In this document: positions 27,796 through 40,298 of the stretch, in pieces
How the letters are laid out: each line of letters starts with the position of its first letter
How positions within the stretch are numbered: the first letter of the stretch is position 1
Assembly (NCBI GenBank): GCA_036229005.1
Contig: JAZAMN010000070.1
Span: 1-64,000 of the forward strand
Length of the DNA stretch: 64,000 bases
Source of the DNA: Myxococcota bacterium
GTDB taxonomy: Bacteria > Myxococcota_A > UBA796 > CAJQPC01
Reading direction: 5' to 3'
The notes under the pieces: generated by a model
The model's database searches: none
The model's input: the letters and a program-made list of their open reading frames with translations, nothing else
Told to the model about the DNA's origin: nothing
Translations under genes and position numbers: made by a program

Positions 27796-28455
27796 ATGAA
27801 CTGGCTCGTCGACGCCATGCAGAAGGGCGGCCCCTTCATGTGGCCGCTTCTCGGGATCGCTGTTTTCGCCCTCGCCATCTCGGCTGAGCGCTTCTACTAC
27901 ATCCTGTTCCGCGCCAACATCAACGGCACCGCGTTCTTCGCCCAGATCCAGAAGCTGATCATGGCGAACAACATCGACCGCGCCATCAAGCTGTGCAACG
28001 CGGAGCCCAACGCGGCCCTGCCTCGCGTGCTCAAGAGCGGTCTCACCCGTGCGAACCGGAGCGACACCGAGATCCAGAACGCTGTTGAGGAGGCAATCCT
28101 CGAGGTGTTCCCCCAGCTCGGCAAGCGCACCAACTACCTGTCCATGCTGGCCAACGTCGCTACCCTGACCGGTCTGCTCGGCACCATCCAGGGTCTGATC
28201 CTGGCGTTCGAGGCGGTGGCCCACGCCTCCGCTGAGACCAAGCAGACCCTGCTGGCCGCCGGTATCTCCACCGCGATGTTCACCACGATGTCCGGTCTGA
28301 TCGTTGCTATCCCGACCCTGCTGTTCGCCAGCATCATCGTGGACCGCACCACCAAGATCATGGACGACGTGGACCAGTACGCCCTCAAGACGGTCAACCT
28401 GTTGGCTGCTCGTCGTCGTGGCACGCTGGATCAGAAGGACGCCGCTGGCGCCTGA
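27796..28455 (+). CDS. MotA/TolQ/ExbB proton-channel subunit, AglR-like
   Basis: GGPFMWPL, ERFYYI, ANVATLTGLLGTIQGLI.AF, GISTAMFTT..GLIVAIP. Confidence 0.93.
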   Translation: MNWLVDAMQKGGPFMWPLLGIAVFALAISAERFYYILFRANINGTAFFAQIQKLIMANNIDRAIKLCNAEPNAALPRVLKSGLTRANRSDTEIQNAVEEAILEVFPQLGKRTNYLSMLANVATLTGLLGTIQGLILAFEAVAHASAETKQTLLAAGISTAMFTTMSGLIVAIPTLLFASIIVDRTTKIMDDVDQYALKTVNLLAARRRGTLDQKDAAGA

Positions 28456-28540
28456 GCTGATTTCAACCTTCTCGGGGCCCGCTCTTGGGCGGGTCCCTCC
28501 ATCTCGGCACCGCTGAGATCCCCAAGTTGGAGACACCCTG

Positions 28541-29104
28541 ATGGCTGGAAAGGGGCGAAGGGAACACCAGGAAGAACCCCTGGATCTTGTTCCTATCATG
28601 AACCTCGTCACCATCCTCATCCCCTTCCTGTTGATGTCTGCCCAGTTTGTTTCGCTGGCTGTCATCGACTCCACGCTGCCGGCCATTGGCCCGCCGCAGG
28701 AGACCCAGGAAGAGCCGGATGACGAGCCGCCGCTGATGCTCTCGGTCGCTGTGACCGACCAGGGCTTCACCATTCTTGGTGACAACGGCGTCGTGACTGG
28801 AGAGGCTGAGGAAGGTGGTGAGGAAGCTGCTGAGGGTGAGCCTGAGCCCACCGTGCCCTGCACGGAGAGGCCCTGCACCTCGGTCGAGTCCTACGACTAC
28901 GAGGAGCTGACCCGGATGCTCGGCCTGATCAAGGACGAGTACCCGGACGATCAGAACGTCATCCTCGTTCCCGAGTCTCGCGTGCACTACGAGGTCATCG
29001 TTCGCACGATGGACGCAAGCCGCAACGATCCCAAGACCAAGGGCGAGGACGGCTCCTACCGTGAGCTCTTCCCCTTTGTCGTCATCGCCGGCGGCGCGCA
29101 GTAG
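28541..29104 (+). CDS. ExbD/TolR-family subunit 1 (AglQ/S-like), TM Asp replaced by Asn
   Basis: LDLVPIMNLVTILIPFLL, YEVIVRTMD, LFP. Confidence 0.88.
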   Translation: MAGKGRREHQEEPLDLVPIMNLVTILIPFLLMSAQFVSLAVIDSTLPAIGPPQETQEEPDDEPPLMLSVAVTDQGFTILGDNGVVTGEAEEGGEEAAEGEPEPTVPCTERPCTSVESYDYEELTRMLGLIKDEYPDDQNVILVPESRVHYEVIVRTMDASRNDPKTKGEDGSYRELFPFVVIAGGAQ

Positions 29105-29116
29105 GAGCTCAGGTAC

Positions 29117-29647
29117 ATGGCACTCAAGAAGAAGAAGCGCTCGTCGAAGAAGGAAGAGCTCGCGATCACTTCGATGATGGACATGATGACCATCATCCTG
29201 GTGTTCCTGCTCAAGAGCTACTCGACCACGGAGGTGTCTGTGACGCCTTCTGGGGAGATGGAGCTGCCTACCTCCACGGCGCAGCAGAACCCCGAGATGG
29301 CGGTGCAGCTGCTGGTCTCCAAGACCCAGATCCTGGTCGACGGAGCCCCGGTGCTGAACCTCACCACCATGCCGGATGAGCAGAACCCTGGTCAGACCCT
29401 TGTCGTCGTCCCTGAGGACGAGAAGAAGGGCCAGATGATCACGGACCTGTACGACGTGCTGCTGGACAAGGCCGAGCAGGCCAAGGCCCTGGGCGAGGCC
29501 TCGGGCAGCGATGAGCACGCGTTCAAGGGCCGGATCCTCCTGCAGTGTGACAAGACCCTTCCCTTCTCTGTGATCCGGGAGGTCATGTACACCGCTGGTC
29601 AGGCTCAGTTCAGCGAGTTCAAGTTCGTGGTCTACAAGCAGGAGTAA
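29117..29647 (+). CDS. ExbD/TolR-family subunit 2 (AglS-like)
   Basis: LAITSMMDMMTIILVFLLKSYS, ILLQCDK.LPF..IREVMYT. Confidence 0.9.
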   Translation: MALKKKKRSSKKEELAITSMMDMMTIILVFLLKSYSTTEVSVTPSGEMELPTSTAQQNPEMAVQLLVSKTQILVDGAPVLNLTTMPDEQNPGQTLVVVPEDEKKGQMITDLYDVLLDKAEQAKALGEASGSDEHAFKGRILLQCDKTLPFSVIREVMYTAGQAQFSEFKFVVYKQE

Positions 29648-29670
29648 TCCCCTGCTTTCCACGGGGAGAT

Positions 29671-29707
29671 GGGCGGGGTCGGCCGTGTGCCGGCTTCGCC
29701 CTTCTTC
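29671..29707 (+). terminator. Putative intrinsic terminator
   Basis: GGGCGGGGTCGGC-CGTGT-GCCGGCTTCGCCC-TTCTTC. Confidence 0.55.
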
Positions 29708-29923
29708 GGTTCAGGCTCCAGGCCTCAAGCCAAGGGCTGAATGTCCGATCATCCCTACATGGGGCTTGCATGCGGTCTGATGCGGCGGGCCGGCCCCCAA
29801 CCCACCTGCTACACTGACGTTGTTGCACTCTGAGGAGCTTTTGGTGAACCCAATCGGGAACAAATGGTCTGACGGGACGAAGGCGCGGTCGCCTTCTTGC
29901 AGCACTCATCGGGGATTCTAGGA

Positions 29924-31321
29924 ATGGCGAAGGCAAAGCGACAGACTCCTCCCCCCCTGCCCAAGGTGCTCCGCATTGGAGTCGTTCAGGACGGGAAGAT
30001 CGTCCAGGAACGGCTCATCAAGGCGGGCGAAGCTGTGACAGTGGGCGAGTCCACGAAGAATTCCTTCGTGTTCCCCCCGACCAGCTTGCCGAAGCGCTAC
30101 CAGATCTTCCAGCCCAAGAAGGGTGGGGGCTACATCCTCCACTTCACCGATGGGATGGAAGGGAAGATCTCGTACAAGAACGCGATCGTCCCGCTGGAGC
30201 AGCTCAAGCAGCGCGGAGACGCGGTCCGGAAGGGGACTGACTACGTCCTGCCCCTGAGCGAAGGCAACCGCGGCAAGGTCACGGTGGATGGGATCACCAT
30301 CCTCTTCCAGTTCGTTCCTCCCCCTCCGGAGCCGCTGGCTGCGAAGGGCTCGATGGACTTCCGCCCCAAGCTGATCGACGACGACGACCCGGTCTTCTTT
30401 GGATTCCTGGGTCTGTTCACGGCGCTCGCGACCGTCCTGATGATCTACGTCTACACCGCCGAGCCGGTGGAGCGCGTCGACATCCAGGAGATCCCGGATC
30501 GCTTCACCGAGGTCATCCTGGAGCCTACCGAGCCCCCCGAGGAGATCGAGGTGCCGGAGCCCGAGGTCGACCCCAACGCCGAGGGCGAGAAGGTCAAGCG
30601 CAACGACGCGGACAAGCCTGCGGAGAACGCGGGTGAGAAGGCCAAGGCTGCGCCCAAGAGCGACTCCGAGCGTCAGGCTGAGGCCGCGGCCCGCAAGGCC
30701 AAGGCTCAGGCAGAGGTCGCGAACAACCCGCTGCTGATGGCCATCATCGGTACCCGGGGTGAGTCCGGCGCGGACGGCAAGGTCCAGGACGTGTTCGGCA
30801 GCGATGACTACGCTGGCCAGGATCTGGACGCTGCCCTCGCGACCGTGAACGGACTGGATGTCGCATCTGAGGCGACCCTGAAGGCCAAGGAGGGCGCCGG
30901 AGGTGGCACCGGCCGCGGTACCGCCAGCATCGGAGAACTCAAGGGCGGTGATGTCGGAAGCACTTCCGTCGGCAGCGGCCCCGCGACCACTGTCAAGGGC
31001 GGTGTGAAGCTGGGTGCCGCTGAGGCGCTCCTCGAAGAGGGCGATGCGACCTCGGTCCAGAAGGTCGTGCGCAAGTACCAGGGTCAGGTCAAGTACTGCT
31101 ACGAGGCCCAGCTCAAGACGGATCCCAGCCTGCAGGGCCGCGTCGAGGTCCAGTTCACGGTGGCCAATGGCCGCGTTGCCAGCGCCTCGGTCTTCGGCAA
31201 CACGACTGGCTCCGACGCCCTGGGCAAGTGCATCGTCGGCAAGGTGCGCCGCTGGAAGTTCCCCGCGGAGATTCAGGGTGACATCGTCTACCCCTTCGTC
31301 CTCACGCCCTCCAACGGCTGA
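29924..31321 (+). CDS. GltG/PglI-like TonB-type energy transducer (cytoplasmic beta domain, TM, AgmX/PglI C-terminal domain)
   Basis: VLRIGVVQDGKIVQERL, one TM, IPDRF, Gly-rich linker, VKYCYEAQLK.DPSLQGRV...C...RRWKFP...YPFVL. Confidence 0.88.
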   Translation: MAKAKRQTPPPLPKVLRIGVVQDGKIVQERLIKAGEAVTVGESTKNSFVFPPTSLPKRYQIFQPKKGGGYILHFTDGMEGKISYKNAIVPLEQLKQRGDAVRKGTDYVLPLSEGNRGKVTVDGITILFQFVPPPPEPLAAKGSMDFRPKLIDDDDPVFFGFLGLFTALATVLMIYVYTAEPVERVDIQEIPDRFTEVILEPTEPPEEIEVPEPEVDPNAEGEKVKRNDADKPAENAGEKAKAAPKSDSERQAEAAARKAKAQAEVANNPLLMAIIGTRGESGADGKVQDVFGSDDYAGQDLDAALATVNGLDVASEATLKAKEGAGGGTGRGTASIGELKGGDVGSTSVGSGPATTVKGGVKLGAAEALLEEGDATSVQKVVRKYQGQVKYCYEAQLKTDPSLQGRVEVQFTVANGRVASASVFGNTTGSDALGKCIVGKVRRWKFPAEIQGDIVYPFVLTPSNG

Positions 31322-31341
31322 GGCCGGCAGACTCTCTCAAG

Positions 31342-31374
31342 AGGGCGCTCCCTGCATGGGGGGCGCCCTTCTTG
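31342..31374 (+). terminator. Intrinsic terminator
   Basis: AGGGCGCTCCC-TGCAT-GGGGGGCGCCCT-TCTTG. Confidence 0.65.
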
Positions 31375-31476
31375 CTCTGGGACGCCGCTGTGGAGTTGGT
31401 GTCCTGGATCAGCAGTTGTCTCAAGTCTCCCCAGTGGACGTCCGATGATCGAAATGCGAACTCTGTCCCCTATGGG

Positions 31477-31506
31477 TTGACACCCTGGGCCTTGAGCCAC
31501 TAGGGT
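31477..31506 (+). promoter_or_regulatory. Putative sigma-70 promoter
   Basis: TTGACA-18 nt-TAGGGT. Confidence 0.5.
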
Positions 31507-31542
31507 ATAGGGTAGGATATTCAGCACCCTTGGAGGGTCTCC

Positions 31543-32106
31543 ATGACTCAGTTCACTCGTCTCGCTGTCGCGCTCGCACTGGTGGGTGGTCTGGCCTTCG
31601 CTGGCCAGGCGCAGGCCCAGGAGCTCGATGCGTCTGGCAACCTGGAGCAGTCGACCACGGCCTCCCCCAAGGAGATGGTCAGCTTCGCGACCGAGGCGGT
31701 CGAGGAGATGCGCACCGCGCAGTCCGAGGTCCAGCGCATGCTGGCCGATGCTGAGAAGGCTGGAGACGTCTACCAGGTCCAGTGCTTGAACAAGAAGCTC
31801 TCGGCGATCGCCGCGCTGGCCGAGGTCAGTGAGTCCGCAAAGGCGTCCATGCAGGAGGCGCTGGCCTCCGGAGATGTGGAGGGGGCCCAGATCGAGTTCC
31901 GCCGCGTCGCTGTGGGGCAGTCCAAGACCCGGCAGTTCCGCGCTGAGGCTGAAGCGTGCACGCGCGACGACGGCACCGCTCCTGGCGATGTCAGCGTGGA
32001 CGTGAGCAATGAGGCCCTGGCAGACAGCAGCGGCGACACGGAGAGCATCGACGATGGGAACATCGGCGTTGGCTCCGAGCCCCCCAGCACGAGCCCCTTC
32101 GAGTAG
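31543..32106 (+). CDS. Secreted helical protein with two Cys (CLNKKL...AEAC) and C-terminal SPFE
   Basis: Signal peptide AQA, GGAGG RBS. Confidence 0.8.
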   Translation: MTQFTRLAVALALVGGLAFAGQAQAQELDASGNLEQSTTASPKEMVSFATEAVEEMRTAQSEVQRMLADAEKAGDVYQVQCLNKKLSAIAALAEVSESAKASMQEALASGDVEGAQIEFRRVAVGQSKTRQFRAEAEACTRDDGTAPGDVSVDVSNEALADSSGDTESIDDGNIGVGSEPPSTSPFE

Positions 32107-32211
32107 AGACGCTCCGTCACTCCAGTGTCAGCCTAACGGGGTTGCGCGCTGACCTGGAAAGTGTGAGAGTGAGTCCCGCTATTGCAGACATCCACGCAGA
32201 GGCACGAACGA

Positions 32212-33612
32212 ATGGGAGCAGTCGGCTGGAGCCGAGCATCGATGGGCGCACTGTTGTGCGTGGTCGCTGCTGGCGCTTTCGCACCCGGTGCCGCCTACGC
32301 GGAGCCCGGTGACCACATCAAGGTCGGACAGGCGGAGGTCGTTCCTTCTCTCAAGCTTGGCTACGAGTGGCGCTCCAACCTCTACCTTGAGGAGCACGCG
32401 CTGTTCCCGGCTGCAGGGCAGCAGGGGACCGTGCGGGGGGCGGCGTTGGTCGTCCGCCCCGGTCTGACGATTGCACTCCACACGCATGAGGTCGCGTTCG
32501 ACGCAGGGGCCAACTACAACCTGCGGAAGTTCATCACGAGCTCCAAGAGCCAGAACACAGCGTACAACGTCTCGAACCTCGACCAGTTCAACAACGTGGA
32601 CCTCTTCGCGAAGCTCCACATCCTCCCCAACGGGGTTGTAGGCCTCAAGCTCGACCAGTCCTTTGCGATCTCGAACCGTCCGATTGAGTCGCAGTTTGCG
32701 GACAACGCGCTGATCACCCGCACCCGCAACGACACGGGCGCCTACTTTGTTGTGTCTCCGGGCAACGCCCTGAACTTCGATCTCGGCGGCTTCCTGGTCT
32801 ACGACCAGTACGACGGCAACGACGACAGCTCCACTGTCGTGCTCGGGTCCCGGCTCAACAACAAGCTGGGCTACGGCGCGGTGTTCCGCACCAACTGGGA
32901 GTTCTTCCCCCGCACGGCGCTGGTGGTCGACGCGCGCGTCGAGCGCTTTGACTGGGACCGCAACGTGGTGACCACGGCTGGTGGGGACCAGGCCAGCGAG
33001 AACCTCGGCAACGCGCTCCCCATGCCCGATGGCTGGGGCTGGCACGCTGAGATGGGCCTCAAGGGCCGCGTGACCAACAAGCTTGTGGTCAACGCGCTGG
33101 TTGGCTACGGCCAGACCACCTACGACGAGCAGTCGGTGCTGGACTACGTGTCGGGGAACAACTCCTCCCTCTGGGAGGGGGAGATCGACACCACCGGCGC
33201 GTGGACCCAGGACCTGCGGGGCCTGACGGGTCTCACCGCCGAGACCTCGCTGACCTGGACACCGGTCACCGGACAGTCCTTCTCGGCCGGATACAAGCGC
33301 TCCTACCAGGATAGCTGGTTCACCAACTGGGTGTCCTACAACAGCGGTTTCGCCCGCTACAACGGCGCGCTCGCCCGTCGCTGGGACCTCTCGGTGGAAG
33401 GCAACTACCGCCTCGAGGCCTACGAGGGCGAGGTCACCCGCAACGACCACGTCATCACGACCCGGGCTGGGTTGTCCTACGACGCGACCGACTGGCTCGC
33501 GCTGCAGGGCGGGACCGCTTGGCGTCGGCGCGTGTCGGCTGACACTCCGCCCCTGGCGAGCATCGAGTACGACGACGTCGCGATCAACGTCGGCATGAAG
33601 CTCACCTACTGA
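32212..33612 (+). CDS. Outer-membrane beta-barrel of the polysaccharide-export (EpsX/Wzp-like) type; start uncertain
   Basis: Signal peptide, IKVG...VVPSLKLGYEWRSNLY, alternating strands, C-terminal INVGMKLTY beta-signal. Confidence 0.72.
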   Translation: MGAVGWSRASMGALLCVVAAGAFAPGAAYAEPGDHIKVGQAEVVPSLKLGYEWRSNLYLEEHALFPAAGQQGTVRGAALVVRPGLTIALHTHEVAFDAGANYNLRKFITSSKSQNTAYNVSNLDQFNNVDLFAKLHILPNGVVGLKLDQSFAISNRPIESQFADNALITRTRNDTGAYFVVSPGNALNFDLGGFLVYDQYDGNDDSSTVVLGSRLNNKLGYGAVFRTNWEFFPRTALVVDARVERFDWDRNVVTTAGGDQASENLGNALPMPDGWGWHAEMGLKGRVTNKLVVNALVGYGQTTYDEQSVLDYVSGNNSSLWEGEIDTTGAWTQDLRGLTGLTAETSLTWTPVTGQSFSAGYKRSYQDSWFTNWVSYNSGFARYNGALARRWDLSVEGNYRLEAYEGEVTRNDHVITTRAGLSYDATDWLALQGGTAWRRRVSADTPPLASIEYDDVAINVGMKLTY

Positions 33613-33702
33613 GCGTCTGCTCAGGACCAGAAGCGCCGCGCTCCATGCGCGGCGTTTGTGCTCTGGGCCCAGCAGGCTGGACTCTGGGGTGTGAGGGGAG
33701 GC

Positions 33703-34692
33703 TCAGTACTTGGGGGACTGCGCCCAGCGCCAGGCAGTGGCCAGGATCTCGTCCAGGTCAAGCCAGCGCGGACTCCACCCCAGCTCTCGCTGCGCAGCCG
33801 TCGGCTGGGCCCAGATCCGGGCAGGGTCCCCATCACGTCGGGGGCCGTCCTGCCAGGGCACGTCCTGCTGGGTGACGCGGGCGGCGGACTCCAGGATCTG
33901 CAGGACAGAGGTCCCGGTGCCAGTCCCCAGGTTCCATGCACCGCCCGGGTTTCCAGCCAGCAGGTACTCCAGAGCGGCCAGGTGGGCATCGGCGAGGTCC
34001 ATGACGTGGATGTAGTCCCGGATACAGGAGCCATCCGGCGTGTCGTAGTCCCGGCCGAACACCTGGAGCGGTGGGCGCTCGCCGCGAACAGCCTGGAAGA
34101 CCAGCGGGATCAGGTGGGTCTCGTGGCTGTGGCTCTCACCCAGCAGCCCACTGGGATGGGCGCCGGCCGCGTTGAAGTAGCGGAGGCGGGCGGCCCGCAG
34201 GCCCTCGACTGCCGCAGCCTCGAGAACCTGCTCCGCCATCCACTTGGAGTGGCCGTAGGGGCTCTCGGGGGCCTTTGGGTGGGCCTCGGTGACGGGCACC
34301 TGAGCAGGCGTCCCGTAGACGGCGCAAGTGGAAGAGAAGACCAGCGGGGCGATGCCGCGCTCGCCCATCAGGCGGGCCAGCGTGGCGGTCCCACCGACGT
34401 TCACCTCGAAGTAGCGGCTGGGCTGCTGGGTGCTCTCACCGACCAGCGCGAGGGCAGCGAAGTGCATCACCGCCCCGATGCCGTGTTCGTCCAGGGTCTG
34501 GCCCAGGCGCCCGGCGTCGCGGATGTCCCCGAGGACCAGAGGCAGGCCCAAGGCCTCCACCGCCTCCCGGTGGCCTGTGGAGAGGTCGTCGTAGACCACC
34601 ACGGGGTAGCCCGCCTCTTTGAGGCGGAGGGCACAGTGGGAGCCGATGTAGCCGGCTCCGCCAACAACGAGGACGGTCGGTTTCACCTCCAC
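33703..34692 (-). CDS. galE: UDP-glucose 4-epimerase
   Basis: GGAGYIGSH, HFAA, FSST, PYGHSK, RYFNAAGA, IRDYIHV. Confidence 0.95.
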   Translation of the reverse strand: MEVKPTVLVVGGAGYIGSHCALRLKEAGYPVVVYDDLSTGHREAVEALGLPLVLGDIRDAGRLGQTLDEHGIGAVMHFAALALVGESTQQPSRYFEVNVGGTATLARLMGERGIAPLVFSSTCAVYGTPAQVPVTEAHPKAPESPYGHSKWMAEQVLEAAAVEGLRAARLRYFNAAGAHPSGLLGESHSHETHLIPLVFQAVRGERPPLQVFGRDYDTPDGSCIRDYIHVMDLADAHLAALEYLLAGNPGGAWNLGTGTGTSVLQILESAARVTQQDVPWQDGPRRDGDPARIWAQPTAAQRELGWSPRWLDLDEILATAWRWAQSPKY

Positions 34693-34819
34693 AACCTCAC
34701 CTTGGAGGTGTCGCCTGTCAAGTGACAGCTCCTCAGAGCCCTCAGGTATTCAAGGAGCTTGAAGGATGACGTGTCAAGGGTTTTGCGCTACCATGGGCCC
34801 AATCTCTCTGGGACAGACC

Positions 34820-38023
<3,204 letters not shown>

Positions 38024-38032
38024 GCGGTGTCC

Positions 38033-38069
38033 AAAGGCTGACGGTTCTTTCGGTGGGCTGTCAGCTTTT
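38033..38069 (+). terminator. Intrinsic terminator after ftsK
   Basis: AAAGGCTGACGGTTC...GGGCTGTCAGCTTTT. Confidence 0.6.
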
Positions 38070-38171
38070 GTCACGCCTTGAATGCCCCTGGCCCTCCTGG
38101 CGTCTTGGCACTTGGAACGATTGCAGCGCCCGCCTCTGCGGGCTACCCCCACGATTCCAGGGAGGATTCCC

Positions 38172-38846
38172 GTGAAGTCTCTGTCCAGCATCGCCCTCAT
38201 CGCGACCGTCGGCGTCGTCCTCTCGGCCCCAGTCCTGGCCCAGGAGGCCAAGGGCCCGGCGAACGTGCAGGAGCTCGTCGCCGCGGTCGAGGCCACCTAC
38301 GCGGGCGTAGACTCTCTGAGCGCGGAGTTCACCCAGAGCACCAAGTCCTCCGCCTTCGAAGCCACCATGTCCGGCACCGTGTCCATGGAGCGCCCCCGCA
38401 AGGTGCGTTGGGACACGACCGGTTCCGCCGGTGGCTCCTTGGTGGTGTCTGATGGCGCCAAGCTCTGGATGTACATGCCCGAGCAGAAGCAGGTCATGGT
38501 CTACCAGGACCTCTCCGGCACCGCGTCCGGCGCGATGGCCATGGACATCCTCTCCGACATGACCAAGCTGGACGAGACCTTCGCCACCGAGATGGGCGCG
38601 GGGGACGCAGACAGCTACACGGTCGTGCTCAAGCCCAAGGCGGGCGCCGAGTCCAACTACAGCACCATCGTGCTGGACGTGACCAAGGACGCCTACGTCC
38701 TGGAGAAGGTCGTCCTGACCGACCTCTTTGGCACCGTCACCACCTACGACTTCAAGAACCTCAAGCTCAACCCCGAGCTGGACGACGCGACCTTCACCTT
38801 CAAGGCCCCCGAAGGGGTCACGGTGATGGACGCGAGCCAGATCTGA
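38172..38846 (+). CDS. lolA: Outer-membrane lipoprotein carrier LolA
   Basis: SLSAEFTQ, G...ERPRKVRWD, VVSDG..LWMY.PEQKQV, FTFKAPEG; ftsK-lolA synteny. Confidence 0.88.
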   Translation: MKSLSSIALIATVGVVLSAPVLAQEAKGPANVQELVAAVEATYAGVDSLSAEFTQSTKSSAFEATMSGTVSMERPRKVRWDTTGSAGGSLVVSDGAKLWMYMPEQKQVMVYQDLSGTASGAMAMDILSDMTKLDETFATEMGAGDADSYTVVLKPKAGAESNYSTIVLDVTKDAYVLEKVVLTDLFGTVTTYDFKNLKLNPELDDATFTFKAPEGVTVMDASQI

Positions 38847-38864
38847 GCCCTGGAGCTGACCTCC

Positions 38865-40205
38865 GTGCAGCGCGTACACCTGATCAGCCTCGGCTGTCCC
38901 AAGAACCGAGTGGACTCCGAGGTCATGGTGGGGCAGCTGCAGAGCGGCCCCTTCGAGCTGGTTGATGAGCCCGAGCGGGCCGACGTGATCGTCGTCAACA
39001 CCTGCTCCTTCATCCAGCCCGCGACCGAAGAGTCCATCGAGACCGTCCTGGAGATGGCCCGCTTCAAGGAGGAGGGCAGCTGCTCCAAGCTGGTCGTGAC
39101 CGGCTGCATGGTCCAGCGCTTTGGCCGCTCCCTGGAGGGCGAGCTCCCCGAGGTCGACCACTTTCTGGGCACCGGCGAATACCACCGCATCCTGGATGTG
39201 CTGGACAAGCCCCAGGCCCCCCGCAGCTTCGTGGATGTGCCCATGTACATCCACGACGAGATGGCTCCGCGGGTCAACTCCTGGGCGGGCCACAGCGCCT
39301 ACCTGAAGATCTCCGAGGGCTGCAACCACCGCTGCACCTTCTGCATCATCCCGCAGCTCCGCGGCAGGCTCCGCTCCCGCAGCATCGAGTCCCTGGTGGT
39401 CGAGGCCGCCAAGCTCGCGGCCAGCGGCGTCAAGGAGCTGAACATCGTCAGCCAGGACAGCACCGCCTACGGGCGGGATCTCTACGGCAAGCCCCAGCTG
39501 GGCGAGCTGCTGCGCGCGCTGGCCAAGGTCGAGGGCATCGAGTGGATCCGCATCCACTACGCCTACCCCATCGGGATGCCCGACACGCTGCTCCAGGCCA
39601 TCGCCGAGGAGCCCAAGATCCTGCCCTACCTGGACATGCCCCTGCAGCACGCCAGCGGCCCGGTCCTCAAGGCCATGAAGCGGGGCGTGACCCGCGCCGG
39701 TCAGGAGCGCATCCTGGCCCGCGTGCGCGAGGCGGTGCCCGACATCGCCATCCGGTCCACCTTCATCGTGGGCTTCCCCGGTGAGACCGAGGCCGACTAC
39801 CAGGAGCTGGAGGACTTCATTCGCGACCAGCGCTTCTCTCGGGTGGGTGTGTTCACCTACTTCGAGGAGGAGGGCACCCCCGCGGCCGAGCTCCCCAACC
39901 AGGTCCCGGAGGAGGTCCGTCAGGAGCGCCAGGCCAAGCTGATGGCGCTGCAGGCGCAGATCTCCCGCGAGCACAACGAGTCCCTGGTCGGTCAGATCCT
40001 GCCCGTCATGCTGGACGGCGTCTCCAAGGAGTCCGAGCTGCTGCTCTCCGGCCGCCTGATGAGTCAGGCCCCCGATGTCGACGGCCAGGTGTTCGTGACC
40101 TCGGTGCCCAAGGGAGCCAAGGCGGGGGACATCCTGCCCTGCCGCATCGTCCAAGCCACCGACCATGACCTGGTCGGAGAGATGGAGCTCGACCTCGAGA
40201 TCTGA
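38865..40205 (+). CDS. rimO: Ribosomal protein S12 methylthiotransferase RimO
   Basis: SLGCPKNRVDSE, NTCSFI, EGCNHRCTFCIIP, TRAM domain QAPDVDG. Confidence 0.95.
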   Translation: MQRVHLISLGCPKNRVDSEVMVGQLQSGPFELVDEPERADVIVVNTCSFIQPATEESIETVLEMARFKEEGSCSKLVVTGCMVQRFGRSLEGELPEVDHFLGTGEYHRILDVLDKPQAPRSFVDVPMYIHDEMAPRVNSWAGHSAYLKISEGCNHRCTFCIIPQLRGRLRSRSIESLVVEAAKLAASGVKELNIVSQDSTAYGRDLYGKPQLGELLRALAKVEGIEWIRIHYAYPIGMPDTLLQAIAEEPKILPYLDMPLQHASGPVLKAMKRGVTRAGQERILARVREAVPDIAIRSTFIVGFPGETEADYQELEDFIRDQRFSRVGVFTYFEEEGTPAAELPNQVPEEVRQERQAKLMALQAQISREHNESLVGQILPVMLDGVSKESELLLSGRLMSQAPDVDGQVFVTSVPKGAKAGDILPCRIVQATDHDLVGEMELDLEI

Positions 40206-40298
40206 GGGTCGCACCTCGCGGGTGAGGGGAGTCTCCGGGTGCAGGGCTGCACAGAATCCCAAGGGGTGGGCCCAGCCGTTTTGGGATACCCCACAGCC

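Noticed and set aside
27796..31321. Ordinary TonB-ExbBD or Tol-Pal system
   Set aside because: There are two ExbD paralogs, an AgmX/PglI-type transducer and TPR partners, with no TonB-dependent receptor, TolB or Pal.
38106..38128. Sigma-54 promoter before lolA
   Set aside because: GG-N10-GC is present, but the TTGC context and spacing do not fit TGGCAC-N5-TTGC.
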